From Escherichia coli (GTDB lineage: Bacteria > Pseudomonadota > Gammaproteobacteria > Enterobacterales > Enterobacteriaceae), in the NCBI RefSeq assembly GCF_013122565.1, contig NZ_CP053258.1: DNA of 64,000 nucleotides; one strand, given 5' to 3'. Shown here one piece after another: positions 49,897-62,830 of the stretch; positions within the stretch are counted from its first letter, which is position 1, and the number at the start of each line of letters is the position of its first letter. The position numbers were made by a program, and so were the translations under genes. The notes beneath the pieces were generated by a model. It saw nothing but the letters and a program-made list of their open reading frames with translations, was not told the DNA's origin and ran no database searches.

Positions 49897-51132
49897 TTAC
49901 TTACTCACCACCAGCAAATGTGCCTGCATAATGTCACTGGCCGGGCGACCGTGCGCCAGCAAATCAGCCATTGCTTTAAGATATGGCGGTAGATGGCGGA
50001 AATAACGCTGATACCCGGCACACAAATAATTCAGCCCCGGTTTGCCGCTGGCATCGAGCATGAAGCGGTGTTTCGGGCAGCCTCCCCAACATGCTTTTAA
50101 CACGTTACAACTGCGACACTGCGCCGGTAACTGCTTAAATTTATCTTCACCAAACACCTGCTGTTGCGGGGAATCGATCATTTCTGCAATTGTTTGCTGA
50201 TGCATATTCCCCAGTCGATATTGCGGATAAACATAGTGATCGCAGGCGTAAACGTCGCCGTTGTGCTCAACAATCACCGAGCGCCCACAGGTTGGCTGAT
50301 GATGGCAAACCGCACCCGGCGCACCGACAAAATTGGCAAACGCCCATTCGATATTCATCACGAAAATCTTGCCGACGTCGCGTTTGATCCAGTGGTCGAA
50401 TATCGCCACCAGAAATTCACCAAATTCATCGGGGCGCACCGACCATTCCGTCAGTTCCCCCTGAATATCACCAGGCGCATGCAATTTCAGTCCATCGCGG
50501 GCAGCTGTTTCATCAGCCAGACGCTCGACCACCGGAATAAACTGGATGAATTCGACTCCCGCATCGCACAAAAAATCATAAACCTGCAACGGTTGCTGCG
50601 CGCTGGTGCGGTTGACGCAGACCAGCACGTTATAGTCGACATGATGTTTTTGCAGCAGCGTCAGGGCACGCATCACCAGCTTATGCGTTGGTCTGCCACC
50701 TTTGGTCACGCGATATTGATTGTGGATCTCAGCCGGACCGTCCAGCGATAACCCAACAAGAAAATGATTTTCTGCCAGAAATGCACACCATTCATCATCG
50801 AGCAGCACGCCGTTAGTCTGGAAGCTGTTACTTATCTTCCTGCCAGCACCGTATTTCGCCTGTAACTTTACGGCACGGCGGTAAAAATCCAGCCCGAGTA
50901 ACGTTGGTTCGCCGCCCTGCCAGGTAAAAGCCACTTCGTTTTGGGTTTCGCTGGCAGCGATATAGTGACGGACATACGCTTCCAGCGTGTCATCGTCCAT
51001 ATGCGTGACTGGCTTTTCGCGGTAAAGGGATTGTTTTTCGAGATAAAAACAGTAGTCACAGTTCAGATTACAATCGGAACCGCTCGGTTTCGCCATCACA
51101 TGAAAAGCACGCGTTGGAACCTGTTGCAGCAT
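49897..51132 (-). CDS. aslB: Anaerobic sulfatase-maturating enzyme (radical SAM)
   Basis: Trimmed to MLQQVPTRAFHVMAKPSGSDCNLNCDYCFY, 411 aa; CxxxCxxC radical-SAM motif. Confidence 0.9.
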   Translation of the reverse strand: MLQQVPTRAFHVMAKPSGSDCNLNCDYCFYLEKQSLYREKPVTHMDDDTLEAYVRHYIAASETQNEVAFTWQGGEPTLLGLDFYRRAVKLQAKYGAGRKISNSFQTNGVLLDDEWCAFLAENHFLVGLSLDGPAEIHNQYRVTKGGRPTHKLVMRALTLLQKHHVDYNVLVCVNRTSAQQPLQVYDFLCDAGVEFIQFIPVVERLADETAARDGLKLHAPGDIQGELTEWSVRPDEFGEFLVAIFDHWIKRDVGKIFVMNIEWAFANFVGAPGAVCHHQPTCGRSVIVEHNGDVYACDHYVYPQYRLGNMHQQTIAEMIDSPQQQVFGEDKFKQLPAQCRSCNVLKACWGGCPKHRFMLDASGKPGLNYLCAGYQRYFRHLPPYLKAMADLLAHGRPASDIMQAHLLVVSK

Positions 51133-51244
51133 GGTCACTCCTTGCCTGAAGTCATCCTTCAATACGTTAAGGGCGAAATCATACCGTGGGGCAATGAGTT
51201 ATTACGGGCGTTTATTGCGAAGGAAGGGTGATAGAATGCACAGA

Positions 51245-51275
51245 AAACAAAAAACCCCGCCGAAGCGGGGTTCAA
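51245..51275 (-). terminator. Rho-independent terminator of the tRNA operon
   Basis: Minus-strand hairpin ccccgcttcggcgggg followed by tttttt, directly after the proM 3' end. Confidence 0.8.
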
Positions 51276-51278
51276 AAT

Positions 51279-51355
51279 TGGTCGGCGAGAGAGGATTCGA
51301 ACCTCCGACCCACTGGTCCCAAACCAGTTGCGCTACCAAGCTGCGCTACTCGCCG
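51279..51355 (-). tRNA. proM: tRNA-Pro (anticodon UGG)
   Basis: Minus-strand CGGCGAGTAGCGCAGCTTGGTAGCGCAACTGGTTTGGGACCAGTGGGTCGGAGGTTCGAATCCTCTCTCGCCGACCA, 77 nt. Confidence 0.95.
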
Positions 51356-51397
51356 AAATACTGCTTTTTGAATTTTTAGTTCAATTCTTTAAAGTCG

Positions 51398-51484
51398 TGG
51401 TGCGAGGGGGGGGACTTGAACCCCCACGTCCGTAAGGACACTAACACCTGAAGCTAGCGCGTCTACCAATTCCGCCACCTTCGC
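51398..51484 (-). tRNA. leuT: tRNA-Leu (anticodon CAG)
   Basis: Minus-strand GCGAAGGTGGCGGAATTGGTAGACGCGCTAGCTTCAGGTGTTAGTGTCCTTACGGACGTGGGGGTTCAAGTCCCCCCCCTCGCACCA, 87 nt. Confidence 0.95.
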
Positions 51485-51504
51485 ATTGTCACAACTTCTA
51501 ATAA

Positions 51505-51581
51505 TGGGGTGGCTAATGGGATTCGAACCCACGACAACTGGAATCACAATCCAGGGCTCTACCAACTGAGCTATAGCCACC
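51505..51581 (-). tRNA. hisR: tRNA-His (anticodon GUG)
   Basis: Minus-strand GGTGGCTATAGCTCAGTTGGTAGAGCCCTGGATTGTGATTCCAGTTGTCGTGGGTTCGAATCCCATTAGCCACCCCA, 77 nt with the extra 5' G typical of tRNA-His. Confidence 0.95.
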
Positions 51582-51638
51582 ACTACAAATCTTGTTACGC
51601 GGTATTACTACCACCGCAGCTCAAGCGCCGGGACTAAA

Positions 51639-51715
<77 letters not shown>

Positions 51716-51817
51716 TTAGCGCCGTTGCGGGGGTGGATAATACGGACTTCCCACCCCTCTGTCTAGTCCCTTTTTAAATAAATTGCGCGTTTGGTTACGG
51801 TTTGTGCGTTTTGCTGC

Positions 51818-53203
51818 TTATTCCTCCAGTTTATGCGCTTTACCGTGGCGATTAAGCCCAAAAACTTTATAAATCGCCGTCACCGCCAGCATAAAGATGA
51901 TGCCGACAAACAGCGACATACGCGTATCTTCATTAAAGTACATGCCGATCAAAACACAAATCAGGAATGCCATTGTTACGTAGTTGGCCCACGGGAACAG
52001 GATTGAGCGGAACGGATGGCTGGCAATCGCCGCTTTATGTGCACGCCGAAAACGCAGCTGGCTTATCAATATCACAAACCATGGCACCATCCCCGGAAGC
52101 ACGCTGGCACTGTAGACGTAGACAAACACACGCTGCGGATTGGGAATGATGTAGTTCAGGCATGAGCCAATTAGCAGAATAGCAATAGATACTGCCACAC
52201 CCGCAACCGGTACGCCGTGACGGGAAACTTTCGCCATCGCCGCCGGTAACTGACGGTTTTTCGCCAGTGCGTAGAGCATACGTCCGCAACTGTACATGCC
52301 GCTGTTACAGCCAGAGAGCGCAGCCGTCAGCACCACAAAGTTGATAATACCCGCCGCTGCGGTAATGCCGATTTTGGCGAAAGTCAGTACGAACGGGCTG
52401 CCGTTGCTGCCTATTTCATTCCACGGGAAGATGGTGACGATAACGAAAATCGCGCCTACGTAAAAAATCAGGATCCGCCACAGCACCTTGCCTACGGCAC
52501 TGCGCAGCGTCACCTGCGGATTCTTCGCTTCACCGGCAGTAATGCCAATCAGCTCCACGCCCTGGTAGGACGCCACCACAATACACAGCGCGGTCAGGAA
52601 CCCTTTCCAGCCACCCGCAAAGAAACCGCCATGCTCTGTGAGATTGCTAAAACCAATCGACTGCCCGCCATTGCCAAAGCCAAAGAAAATCACGCCCAGG
52701 CCAATGACAATCATCACGATAATCGTGGTGACTTTGATCATCGCGAACCAGAACTCGATTTCGCCGTACAACCGCACCGCCGCCAGATTCGCCAACGCCA
52801 CCAGCGCCACTGCGATCAATGCGGGTATCCACTGCGCCATCTCCGGGAACCAGAACTGGACATAAACGCCAATGGCGGTGATTTCTGAGATCCCCACCGC
52901 CATCCACATAAACCAGTAAGACCAGGCGGTGAGATAGCTAAAAAACGGGCTCATATAACGATGCGCATAAACGGCGAACGAACCGGTAACCGGTTCGAGG
53001 AACAACATTTCGCCCATTGAACGCATGATGAAAAAGACGAACAGCCCGGCGATGATATAGGCCAACAATACGGATGGCCCGGCCCATTTCAGGGTACTGG
53101 CGGCCCCCATAAACAGGCCGACGCCAATGGTGCCCCCCAGGGCGATGAGTTCGATATGTCGAGCTTCCAGCCCACGCTGTAGCTCTGGTTTGTTATCTGC
53201 CAT
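51818..53203 (-). CDS. yifK: APC-family amino acid permease
   Basis: 461 aa, 12-TM amino-acid permease. Confidence 0.9.
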   Translation of the reverse strand: MADNKPELQRGLEARHIELIALGGTIGVGLFMGAASTLKWAGPSVLLAYIIAGLFVFFIMRSMGEMLFLEPVTGSFAVYAHRYMSPFFSYLTAWSYWFMWMAVGISEITAIGVYVQFWFPEMAQWIPALIAVALVALANLAAVRLYGEIEFWFAMIKVTTIIVMIVIGLGVIFFGFGNGGQSIGFSNLTEHGGFFAGGWKGFLTALCIVVASYQGVELIGITAGEAKNPQVTLRSAVGKVLWRILIFYVGAIFVIVTIFPWNEIGSNGSPFVLTFAKIGITAAAGIINFVVLTAALSGCNSGMYSCGRMLYALAKNRQLPAAMAKVSRHGVPVAGVAVSIAILLIGSCLNYIIPNPQRVFVYVYSASVLPGMVPWFVILISQLRFRRAHKAAIASHPFRSILFPWANYVTMAFLICVLIGMYFNEDTRMSLFVGIIFMLAVTAIYKVFGLNRHGKAHKLEE

Positions 53204-53393
53204 AAATCCTCGTGTTGTGTTTGCATGCTTTCCGGTGTTACCGGTTATCGTTATGGGTACATCGAGTGTTGCGAATGTTTTCGTAATTCAGGAGAAATGG
53301 CAAATAAAGCATTAAAAATTTGAATGCTTTGTGTAATAAAAAGACAGGCAGGCGACGAAGTGACCACTCCGTCGCTATACAAAGAGAGGAAAA

Positions 53394-54134
53394 TCAGAGG
53401 TTGCCGGTGTAGTGCCAGCGTAAATAACGCAGCAAACGAAGCTGACGCTTAATGCGGCTCGGCTGCGAAAGCAGGCGGTAGAGCCACTCCAGCCCCAGCG
53501 TTTGCCAGATTTTCGGTGCACGTTTTACGTGACCGGTGAAAACATCATAAGTCCCGCCAACGCCCATATACAGCGCATCTGGATGCACCAGACGGCAGTC
53601 GCGCATGAAGATCTCCTGCTTTGGCGATCCCATCGCAACGGTGACGATTTGCGCTCCGCTGGCATGAATGCGTTCAAACAGCGCCTGACGCTGCTCGGGT
53701 TTAAAATAACCATCCTGACTGCCAACGATATTCACATTCCACTGGTTGCGCAGTTTAGCTTCAGTTTGCGCCAGCACTTCAGGTTTACCGCCCACAAGAA
53801 ATACCGGCGTCCCTTCTTTGCCTGCGCGCGCCATCAGCTCTTCCCAGAGATCAGCACCGGCAACGCGGGAAACCTGCGCCTGCGGGTACTTTTTACGTAC
53901 TGAACGTACAACGCTGATGCCATCCGCATATTTAAATTCGGCAGCGTTAATTAACTCCCTGACCTCGGCGTTATCTTCAATGGTCAGCATTTTTTCAGCA
54001 TTAATGGCAACCAGCGTTCCCTGCTTAAGCTGCCCGTCAGCGAACAGATAATCGAGGGCGTGCTGCATATCACGCCAACCGATCAACTGTAAGCCACGCA
54101 GCGTATAGGTCGGTGCCGTGGTGTTGTTATTCAT
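53394..54134 (-). CDS. wecG: UDP-N-acetyl-D-mannosaminuronic acid transferase (ECA)
   Basis: 246 aa, WecB/TagA/CpsF glycosyltransferase; last gene of the wec operon. Confidence 0.9.
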
Positions 54135-54136
54135 TG

Positions 54137-55489
54137 TTATCCTTCAACCTGCGTCCGGAGCGATGATTTTGTACGTTTATGAATGAGTCCGGCGCTTTCA
54201 AAAAGCCAGTACAACAGTTTTGCGATCATCAGACATGCGCCGAAGACCACGATAAAAAAGACTACGCGTGAGACAAACGAATCCAGCCCTTCACGTGCCA
54301 GCACGATCATATTGAAGATCGCCCCGAAGCAGAAACTGTGCAATATCGCAGCCTTATAGCGATTAGTCTCGCGGTTGCCCAGCTCATACAGCCAGTCGAA
54401 CCATTTGATGATCAGTCCAACCACAATCGCCCCGAGTGGGATGAACAACGCGCCGCCCATAACAACCAGTGAGCCTATAAGCGTAGGCGAGATCGCCAGT
54501 CCGGAGTGGTTGTTCAGCACTTCCCAGGTAAAGTAGTTGGCGGAGTTCAGCACCATACTCGGGCGACCCGGCCACAGCCAGGAAGGGATAAAGACATAGA
54601 AATCGCGGACAATTGGCGCCAGGCCCTGGAAGTCGATGTTGTCGTAGTTCTGCAACAGCAACGCCAGATTCTCCCACGGCGAGAAGGTGTCGCGAGTGAG
54701 ATAGAGAAACGTATAGAACGCTTCATCGCCGCTCACATTCATTCCATAGCGTTTTAGCGCCAGCCAGAACATGCCCACAATCCCCAGCACGCCCGCCGCC
54801 GCCAGCATCCACAACGAAATCCAGCCGCGAATAATGCCAATAAACAGGAAGATAGCGAATGCGATGATGATATTGGCGCGAGTGCCGCCGACAATCATAT
54901 AAGTCAGCAAGCCAAAGGCGACCGTGCTGACGAGGAAAAACAGCCACGCTTTGCTGTCCTGGCGCAGAAAGTAGACCACCAGCATCGCCGGGATGAAAAA
55001 GTAAAAGAAGCGTTTTAACGCCACGCCGGAGACTTCACTGGAAAAGATCTGACTGTAGGAGTTAAGCCGGAACAGCAAAAAGCCGTTGTGCATGAAGAAG
55101 ATGCCGACGCTTACCAGCGCGATGCCCATCAGGATCACCCACGTAAGATTGGTCTCCACGCGGTTCATGGTAAACAGCGGACGGCGCGGTACATCAGCAA
55201 CGCGTTTGCGTAGGCGGGTTTTGTAGGTGACATAGTAAACCGCGTAGAAGCAGCCCGCAGAAAGCAACGCCTGCAACAAGATTTCTGGCGGCGCGACACC
55301 AACATCAAAGCGAAATACCAGCACGCTGGTCAGCGGGAAGCCGAAGAAAAAGGTGAGCAAAAACAGCAATGAAAAGAAGACATTGAAGTTAAAACGCACA
55401 CGGCGAAACTCAAACCAGGTCAGCGTGGCAATAAATAGCGTGCAGAGCAGCCAGACAACAAACAGGCCACTGAATTGCAGCAGACTCAT
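54137..55489 (-). CDS. wzyE: ECA polysaccharide polymerase
   Basis: 450 aa polytopic membrane protein at the expected position. Confidence 0.88.
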
Positions 55490-56565
55490 GCGACCTCCCC
55501 GGCGGCCATCGCCAACGCCCGCTGCCAGCCTTGTAGATAGTTAGGGCTAAAGAAGGCAATGGTGTTTTTATCCACCGACGCCAACTGGCGCTGCGCTTCA
55601 CGCACAATATCCTCGTTGAGATCGTCGGTAGTAAACAGCACTGGCACATGCTGTTCCGTCATATCCTGCCAGAACGGATTTTCCCGGTTAAGCACACAAG
55701 GAATGCCCGCCTGAATCAGTAAGCAAAGCGTACCAATGCCCTGCTGGCGGGCAAAAATAAAGTAACCAAGATCGCACTGACGAAGTAGCGCCAGATAGGC
55801 GTCAAATTCCAGTTTTTCGCTCAAAATTTGCAGATTTTCTTCGCTGAATAACTCCAGCCCCGCCTGACGAACTTCCTCAATGTACGCTTCGTTATTAGGC
55901 GGATATCCCATCGGCACCACCACTTTTACCGTATCGCCAAATTGCTGATGAACGGCGCGCAAGGCAGCAATATGCTCATTGCTGCGGTCGCCGGAGTTCC
56001 CCACCAGAATGGTCATTTTCCCTTCACGTTGCCGATCATTCGTCATCGTATTGAGTGAAGGGTCCATCCGCGTCGGGAAGTACAGCAGTTCGCCCCGCAC
56101 CTTTGGATGCGTTTTGGCAAAAAAGCTCAAATCACCGCGGGTGGCAAATACACAGCCGACTCGCTTTTGCGCCAGGCGACGTAGCGGGTAAAAAAGCTTA
56201 TATCTCAAGCCACTGGAAAGCTCATACAGGTCTGCCCCCCAGATATGCCAGAAAAACTGGCGGGACTTAATGCCACCACTCAGCAGAGCCAGCCACAGTG
56301 TGGGATTGAACTGACCGTGGAAGAAAAAACGCTGCTGACGGTTAGCTTTTGCTTTCGCGATGACCGCTTCCGCCAGCGATTTTTTCCCAGGGAAAAATTG
56401 CACAGAAAGCGCCGGACAGCTATCACTTAAGCCGTCGTCCTTGCCAACAACCATAAACTCGCGCGCGTCCTCGCTCGCCGCGGCCAGCGCGTCATTGAAA
56501 AACCGCAAAACGGTTCGGTTATGGTGAGGGATATCCGATCCCAGTACGTGAATCAGTACAGTCAT
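55486..56565 (-). CDS. wecF: TDP-Fuc4NAc:lipid II Fuc4NAc transferase
   Basis: 359 aa, 4-nt overlaps with both neighbours. Confidence 0.88.
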
Positions 56566-57812
56566 GCCCGCCTACGCCAGAGTAAAAACACGCCACAACA
56601 AAGAGAAAAATAGACGATATAGGTTGCCATATAGGCCTGCGCCGCGCCCAGTGCACCATGCGCAGGGATTAGCCAGTGGGCAAATACCATCAATAAAGTG
56701 AACTGGCTGACTTCCGCCAGAATATAAAACCGCAATGAAGCTTTGGCGATCACCAGATAACCAAAGACATAAGCGCCCACTTTTAACACATCACCCACTA
56801 ACTGCCAGGCAAAGAGATCACGCATAGCGGTAAATTTATTCGACAACAGCAGCCAGATAGCAAAATCACGCAGCAACCAGACGGTAAAACTCGCTGCCGC
56901 TACTGCCGGTAAGACGAATTTCAGCGATTTAACCACTTCCCGGGTGATATCGCGCTTTTCCGTTAGCCGCGACAACGTGGGCAGCAAATATACGCTGAAC
57001 GATGCCGTAATAAATTGCAGGTAGGCATCGGAAATACTGCTCACCCCTTGCCAGATCCCCACCTCATCCCAGCTATACTGCGCCGCCAGCAGTTTACGCA
57101 TCATGATGTAAGCAACAGGCAAGGTCACCGACGTAATCAACGCCATGAGCGTAAATTTGCTCAACTGCCCTGCCAGACCGTTATCCCAGCTGGGTTTCAG
57201 ATAGCTTAACGGGATGACACCACGTTTGATCAACATGATGGCGGCAGGAATTACCACCAGCGCGGGAATCAGCGCCAGACCCAGCAACGCCCCTTCATAA
57301 CCGCCCAAACGGTAACTGACGTAGTACGCGAGAACGCCAATCAAGCTGCCGACAATCAGCGATAACGCATTACCTGCGGCATCGCGAAAGCCTTTCATCA
57401 GCGCCAGTAACAGGTTGCCCCAGGCGATCCCCATTTGCACCAGCGCCACTAAACGCACCAGCCCCTGATAGTCGGTATTACCAAACAATCCCTGGCTGAT
57501 TGGCGCAGCTGCCAGCACAAAAACCAGCGCCATCAGCGTAGAGAAACCAAGTACCATCGCTGATGAAGTGCCGACCACGCGGCGCAACTGTTGCGGATTA
57601 TCATGGTACTGGGCAACGTATTTGGTTACGCCGTTAAAGATGCCAGCCCCGGCAAGCACGCCGAGCACGGTAATCAACTGGCGGAAATTTGCCGCCAGCC
57701 CAAGCCCCGCCGGACCAAATGACACCGCCAGCAACTTACCGACCAGTAACCCGGCACCAATCTTGACCAGTGTACTGGCCGCCGTCCACAAGGACGCTTT
57801 CGCCAACGACAT
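56562..57812 (-). CDS. wzxE: ECA lipid III flippase
   Basis: 416 aa, 12-TM Wzx-type. Confidence 0.88.
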   Translation of the reverse strand: MSLAKASLWTAASTLVKIGAGLLVGKLLAVSFGPAGLGLAANFRQLITVLGVLAGAGIFNGVTKYVAQYHDNPQQLRRVVGTSSAMVLGFSTLMALVFVLAAAPISQGLFGNTDYQGLVRLVALVQMGIAWGNLLLALMKGFRDAAGNALSLIVGSLIGVLAYYVSYRLGGYEGALLGLALIPALVVIPAAIMLIKRGVIPLSYLKPSWDNGLAGQLSKFTLMALITSVTLPVAYIMMRKLLAAQYSWDEVGIWQGVSSISDAYLQFITASFSVYLLPTLSRLTEKRDITREVVKSLKFVLPAVAAASFTVWLLRDFAIWLLLSNKFTAMRDLFAWQLVGDVLKVGAYVFGYLVIAKASLRFYILAEVSQFTLLMVFAHWLIPAHGALGAAQAYMATYIVYFSLCCGVFLLWRRRA

Positions 57813-57813
57813 A

Positions 57814-58944
57814 TCAGGAGAAGTAGTTCAACAAAGTCGCAATTACCGTACGCTGATTGACGGGCGACAGGTTGTAGAACAGCGGCAGGCGCAGCAGGCG
57901 CTCGCTCTCTTTGGTGGTGTAGCGATCTTCACCGTGGAACTCACCAAAGCGTTCCCCCGCAGGGCAACCGTGCAAAGGAATGTAATGGAACACCGCCATG
58001 ATTTCCGCTTCTTTCAGAAAGTTAATCAACGCGCTCCGGTCATCAATATCCCGCAGTTTAATGTAGAACATATGCGCGTTCTGTACGCAGCCATCGGGAA
58101 TCGACGGCAGCTCGATACGCCCTGCTTTCGCCAGAGGCGCTAACGCATCGTAGTAGTTTTGCCACAGCGCCAGACGTTGCTGGTTGATACGATCCGCTGC
58201 CTCCAGTTGCGCCCACAGGTACGCAGCTTGCAGATCGGACATCAAATAGCTGGAGCCGATATCGCGCCAGGTATATTTATCGACCTGACCACGGAAGAAC
58301 TGGCTGCGGTTTGTGCCTTTTTCACGGATGATCTCGGCTCGTTCGATCAACGCTTTATCGTTAATCAGCGTCGCACCGCCTTCACCACCCGCCGTGTAGT
58401 TTTTGGTTTCATGGAAGCTAAAGCAGCCAATATGACCAATGGTTCCCAGTGCACGCCCTTTGTAAGTGGACATCACGCCCTGAGCGGCATCTTCTACCAC
58501 AAACAGATTATGCTTTTTCGCCAACGCCATAATGGTGTCCATTTCGCAGGCCACACCCGCGTAATGGACCGGCACGATAACGCGCGTTTTGTCGGTGATC
58601 GCCGCTTCAATCAGCGTTTCGTCGATGTTCATGGTGTCCGGGCGAACATCCACAAAGACGATTTTCGCGCCACGCAGCACAAAGGCATTGGCGGTGGAGA
58701 CAAAGGTGTAGCTCGGCATGATCACTTCATCGCCAGGCTGGATATCGAGCAGCAGCGCCGCCATCTCCAGCGAAGCGGTGCAGGACGGCGTCAGTAACAC
58801 TTTGGCGCTGCCAAAACGTTGCTCCAGCCACTGCTGGCAACGACGGGTAAAACCGCCATCGCCACACAGTTTGCCGCTACCCATTGCCGACTGCATATAG
58901 TCGAGTTCGGTTCCCACCACCGGCGGTGCGTTAAATGGAATCAT
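57814..58944 (-). CDS. wecE: dTDP-4-amino-4,6-dideoxygalactose transaminase
   Basis: 376 aa DegT/DnrJ/EryC1 aminotransferase. Confidence 0.92.
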   Translation of the reverse strand: MIPFNAPPVVGTELDYMQSAMGSGKLCGDGGFTRRCQQWLEQRFGSAKVLLTPSCTASLEMAALLLDIQPGDEVIMPSYTFVSTANAFVLRGAKIVFVDVRPDTMNIDETLIEAAITDKTRVIVPVHYAGVACEMDTIMALAKKHNLFVVEDAAQGVMSTYKGRALGTIGHIGCFSFHETKNYTAGGEGGATLINDKALIERAEIIREKGTNRSQFFRGQVDKYTWRDIGSSYLMSDLQAAYLWAQLEAADRINQQRLALWQNYYDALAPLAKAGRIELPSIPDGCVQNAHMFYIKLRDIDDRSALINFLKEAEIMAVFHYIPLHGCPAGERFGEFHGEDRYTTKESERLLRLPLFYNLSPVNQRTVIATLLNYFS

Positions 58945-58948
58945 GTGA

Positions 58949-59623
58949 TCACCTGTATAACCAGTACGCGGTGCTTTCTACATTCGCACCACTTTGTATG
59001 TATCGTTTAAGCGCGGCGGTGTTACCCATTTGGGTCGCCACCCGCAAAGTTGTTTTACCGCGAGCATACGCCCAGTTTAGCGCCGTTTGCATCAGCTCAG
59101 CACCTGCACCGCGTCCAGCCAGCAGGCCAATTCGCGCATCTGTCGCATTGAGTTCCCGTAAAGAGACATAGCCGCGAATATCGCCGGACGCCGCACGTAA
59201 AATCAGACATTGATGATCAAAGGTGCCGCGCACGGCATTTTCAATCCACTGTGCATAAAAGCGTCCGCTGGCGTCAGGCGCATACCACGGCGCACGAAAA
59301 CGGCTTTGCGCAAATGCTGCGCTGGCTAACTGACGTAATGCGGGAATATCGGTCTCTTGTGCCACTACAGCACCACTATCACTGACATTGTTCACGGGTA
59401 GCGCCAAATCAACTTCACCTTCGACCAGGGAGAATCCCAGCTGTTGCAGGGCATCCAGTTCACCCGTATTTGATGCCGCAATTTTCGCCTGCACCCGTGA
59501 CCACGGCGCTAACGCGTCTGACGTCAGGAGCGGTGCTTCAGGCGTGATGCGCACGATGGCGCTGTTAACACCAAAGAAGGCGTTTTCCCAGGTTAGTGGC
59601 TCAATACTGGCGCGGACGGGCAC
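58949..59623 (-). CDS. wecD: dTDP-fucosamine acetyltransferase (GNAT)
   Basis: 224 aa; 5' end overlaps the rffH 3' end by ~23 nt. Confidence 0.85.
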   Translation of the reverse strand: MPVRASIEPLTWENAFFGVNSAIVRITPEAPLLTSDALAPWSRVQAKIAASNTGELDALQQLGFSLVEGEVDLALPVNNVSDSGAVVAQETDIPALRQLASAAFAQSRFRAPWYAPDASGRFYAQWIENAVRGTFDHQCLILRAASGDIRGYVSLRELNATDARIGLLAGRGAGAELMQTALNWAYARGKTTLRVATQMGNTAALKRYIQSGANVESTAYWLYR

Positions 59624-60482
59624 GAAGTAACTCCAGCAGATATTGGCCGTAGCCAGTTTTCGCTAATGAACTGGCAGCACGCTTCACACCCTCGTCATCG
59701 AGCCAGCCGTTACGCCAGGCGATCTCTTCCAGGCAGGCAATCTTAAAGCCCTGGCGTTTTTCCACCGTCTGTACAAAGGTGCTGGCTTCAATCAGGCTGT
59801 CGTGAGTGCCAGTGTCCAGCCAGGCAAATCCGCGCCCGAGCAGTTCAACGGTCAGGTTGCCCGCCTCGAGGTACATCTGGTTGATGGAGGTAATCTCCAG
59901 TTCACCACGCTCCGACGGCTTCACCTGCTTTGCGTACTCCACGACTTTACTGTCGTAGAAATAAAGCCCGGTCACCGCCCAGTTTGACTTCGGCTGTTTT
60001 GGCTTTTCTTCCAGCGAGATAGCGCGGAAATTGTCGTCAAACTCCACCACGCCAAAGCGTTCCGGGTCCATCACCTGATAGCCAAAAACCGTCGCCCCTT
60101 CCGTACGCGCCGCAACATGACGCAGCTTCGGACTGAAGCCCTGACCGAAGAAGATGTTATCGCCCAGCACCAGACAAGAAGGTTCACCATTAAGGAAGGT
60201 TTCACCGATGATAAAGGCCTGCGCCAGACCGTCCGGGCTGGGCTGTTCGGCATATTCCAGCTGGATACCGAACTCACTACCATCGCCCAGCAGGCGCTGG
60301 AAATAACCTTTATCTTCCGGCGTAGTGATGATGAGAATTTCGCGGATACCGGCCAGCATCAGCACCGACAGCGGATAGTAAATCATTGGCTTATCGTAAA
60401 TCGGCAACAGTTGCTTCGATACGCCGCGCGTAATCGGATGCAATCGGGTGCCGGAACCGCCCGCCAGGATAATACCTTTCAT
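59601..60482 (-). CDS. rffH: Glucose-1-phosphate thymidylyltransferase
   Basis: 293 aa, [18 protein letters not shown]. Confidence 0.95.
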   Translation of the reverse strand: MKGIILAGGSGTRLHPITRGVSKQLLPIYDKPMIYYPLSVLMLAGIREILIITTPEDKGYFQRLLGDGSEFGIQLEYAEQPSPDGLAQAFIIGETFLNGEPSCLVLGDNIFFGQGFSPKLRHVAARTEGATVFGYQVMDPERFGVVEFDDNFRAISLEEKPKQPKSNWAVTGLYFYDSKVVEYAKQVKPSERGELEITSINQMYLEAGNLTVELLGRGFAWLDTGTHDSLIEASTFVQTVEKRQGFKIACLEEIAWRNGWLDDEGVKRAASSLAKTGYGQYLLELLRARPRQY

Positions 60483-60500
60483 GTTTGCCTCCGATGAAAA

Positions 60501-61568
60501 TTAGCCTTTCAGACCTAAACGCTCGCCCTGATAGCTGCCGTCCTGCACCTGCTTCCACCAGCTTTCATTAGCCAGATACCACTGAACCGTTTTACGCATT
60601 CCACTTTCAAAGGTTTCCTGCGGCAGCCAGCCAAGTTCACGGGCAATTTTCGAAGCATCAATGGCATAACGCAGATCATGCCCCGGACGGTCAGCGACAA
60701 AGGTGATCAGGTCACGATAGTGCGCCACGCCGTGCGGCTTGTTCGGAGCCAGTTCTTCCAGCAGCTCGCAAATGGTTTCCACAACATCGAGATTCTTACG
60801 CTCGTTGTGACCACCAATATTATAGGTTTCACCGACTTTCCCGGTGGTCGCCACGCAATACAGCGCGCGGGCGTGATCTTCCACATACAGCCAGTCACGG
60901 ATTTGCTGCCCGTTGCCATATACCGGCAGCGGTTTACCCGCCAGCGCGTTGAGGATCATCAGCGGGATCAGTTTTTCCGGAAAGTGGTAAGGGCCGTAGT
61001 TATTCGAGCAGTTGGTGATAAGCGTCGGCAGACCATAGGTCCGCAGCCAGGCGCGCACCAGATGGTCGCTGCTGGCTTTTGACGCGGAATAAGGGCTGCT
61101 CGGCGCATACGGCGTGGTTTCGGTGAAGAAATCATCCGTCGAGTGCAGGTCACCATATACTTCGTCAGTGGAGATATGATGAAAACGGAACGCTGATTTT
61201 TTATCTTCCGTTAGCGCATTCCAGTAAGCCCGCGCCGCTTCAAGCAATGTATAAGTCCCGACAATGTTGGTTTCAATAAACGCTGCCGGGCCGTCAATAG
61301 AACGGTCAACATGGCTTTCGGCTGCCAGATGCATGACACAGTCTGGCTGATGCTCAGTGAATACGCGCGCCAGTTCTGCCCGATCGCAGATATCAACTTT
61401 CTCAAAGGCAAAGCGCTCGCTTTGCGCGACCGGTGCCAGCGACATCAGGTTTCCGGCGTAGGTCAGCTTATCGACCACTACCACCGCATCGCTCGTTTCG
61501 TTGATGATATAACGCACCAGCGCCGAGCCAATAAACCCGGCACCGCCTGTTATCAGAATCTTTCTCAT
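60501..61568 (-). CDS. rffG: dTDP-glucose 4,6-dehydratase
   Basis: 355 aa, [20 protein letters not shown] Rossmann N-terminus. Confidence 0.95.
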   Translation of the reverse strand: MRKILITGGAGFIGSALVRYIINETSDAVVVVDKLTYAGNLMSLAPVAQSERFAFEKVDICDRAELARVFTEHQPDCVMHLAAESHVDRSIDGPAAFIETNIVGTYTLLEAARAYWNALTEDKKSAFRFHHISTDEVYGDLHSTDDFFTETTPYAPSSPYSASKASSDHLVRAWLRTYGLPTLITNCSNNYGPYHFPEKLIPLMILNALAGKPLPVYGNGQQIRDWLYVEDHARALYCVATTGKVGETYNIGGHNERKNLDVVETICELLEELAPNKPHGVAHYRDLITFVADRPGHDLRYAIDASKIARELGWLPQETFESGMRKTVQWYLANESWWKQVQDGSYQGERLGLKG

Positions 61569-62830
61569 CAGCGCCAGACTCCTTTGGCATCGACGACATA
61601 TTGCTGACGAACGTTGTCGCCGCTGATGGCTTTGAACTGGATATGATCGACCAGCATCACCAGCACATCTGCCGTTGCCAGCGCCTCGTCAAGCTGCGCC
61701 AGAGTACAAAGCCCGGTCAGTTTTTTCGGCAACTGGTGGATGTTAGGCTCAACAACCAGCGTTTCGCCGCTATGCCACTGGGCGATCAGTTCAGCGATTT
61801 CCATCGCCGGGCTTTCGCGCAGGTCATCAATATTCGGTTTAAACGCCAGACCAAAGCAGGCGATTTTCAGTTCACTGGCGCGTTTATCGGTAGCAGCAAG
61901 GCAGTCGGCAACCGCCGCTTTCACCTGATCGATAACCCAGAACGGTTTGTGATCGTTCACTTCGCGCGCAGTACGGATAAGCCGCGCCTGCTGGGGGTTC
62001 TGTGCCACGATAAACCACGGATCAACAGCAATGCAGTGACCGCCCACGCCAGGGCCTGGCTGAAGAATATTAACGCGAGGGTGACGATTCGCCAGGCGAA
62101 TCAGCTCCCAGACGTTAATCCCCTGATCGGCACAAATCAGCGACAGTTCGTTAGCAAAAGCGATATTCACATCGCGGAAACTGTTTTCGGTGAGCTTACA
62201 CATTTCCGCCGTCCGCGAGTTAGTGACGACACACTCACCTTCGAGGAAAATTTTGTACAGTTCGCTGGCGCGGGCCGAACAAACCGGCGTCATACCACCA
62301 ATCACGCGATCGTTTTTAATCAGCTCAACCATAACCTGGCCCGGTAACACGCGTTCCGGGCAGTAAGCAATGTTGACGTCCGCCAACTCGCCCACCTGCT
62401 GTGGGAAAGTGAGATCTGGACGCATCTCTGCTAACCATTCTGCCATCTTCTCGGTTGACCCCACCGGCGAGGTGGATTCAAGGATCAACAGCGCGCCTTT
62501 TTTCAGCACAGGCGCAATGGAGCGAGCAGCCGATTCAACGTAGGTCATATCTGGCTCATGATCGCCTTTAAACGGCGTGGGTACAGCAATCAGCCAGGCA
62601 TCCGCTTCAACCGGCGTCGTGCTCGCTCGTAAAAAACCGCCTTCTACGGCAGTTTTTACTACGCTCGCCAAATCAGGTTCGACGATATGAATTTCGCCAC
62701 GATTGATGGTATCAACCGCGTGTTTGTTGATATCGACACCAATCACCTGTTTTTGCCGTGAGGCAAACGCTGCCGCCGTTGGCAGCCCGATATAACCCAG
62801 TCCGATAACAGAAATGGTCGCAAAACTCAT
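61568..62830 (-). CDS. wecC: UDP-N-acetyl-D-mannosamine dehydrogenase
   Basis: 420 aa, [23 protein letters not shown]. Confidence 0.95.
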   Translation of the reverse strand: MSFATISVIGLGYIGLPTAAAFASRQKQVIGVDINKHAVDTINRGEIHIVEPDLASVVKTAVEGGFLRASTTPVEADAWLIAVPTPFKGDHEPDMTYVESAARSIAPVLKKGALLILESTSPVGSTEKMAEWLAEMRPDLTFPQQVGELADVNIAYCPERVLPGQVMVELIKNDRVIGGMTPVCSARASELYKIFLEGECVVTNSRTAEMCKLTENSFRDVNIAFANELSLICADQGINVWELIRLANRHPRVNILQPGPGVGGHCIAVDPWFIVAQNPQQARLIRTAREVNDHKPFWVIDQVKAAVADCLAATDKRASELKIACFGLAFKPNIDDLRESPAMEIAELIAQWHSGETLVVEPNIHQLPKKLTGLCTLAQLDEALATADVLVMLVDHIQFKAISGDNVRQQYVVDAKGVWR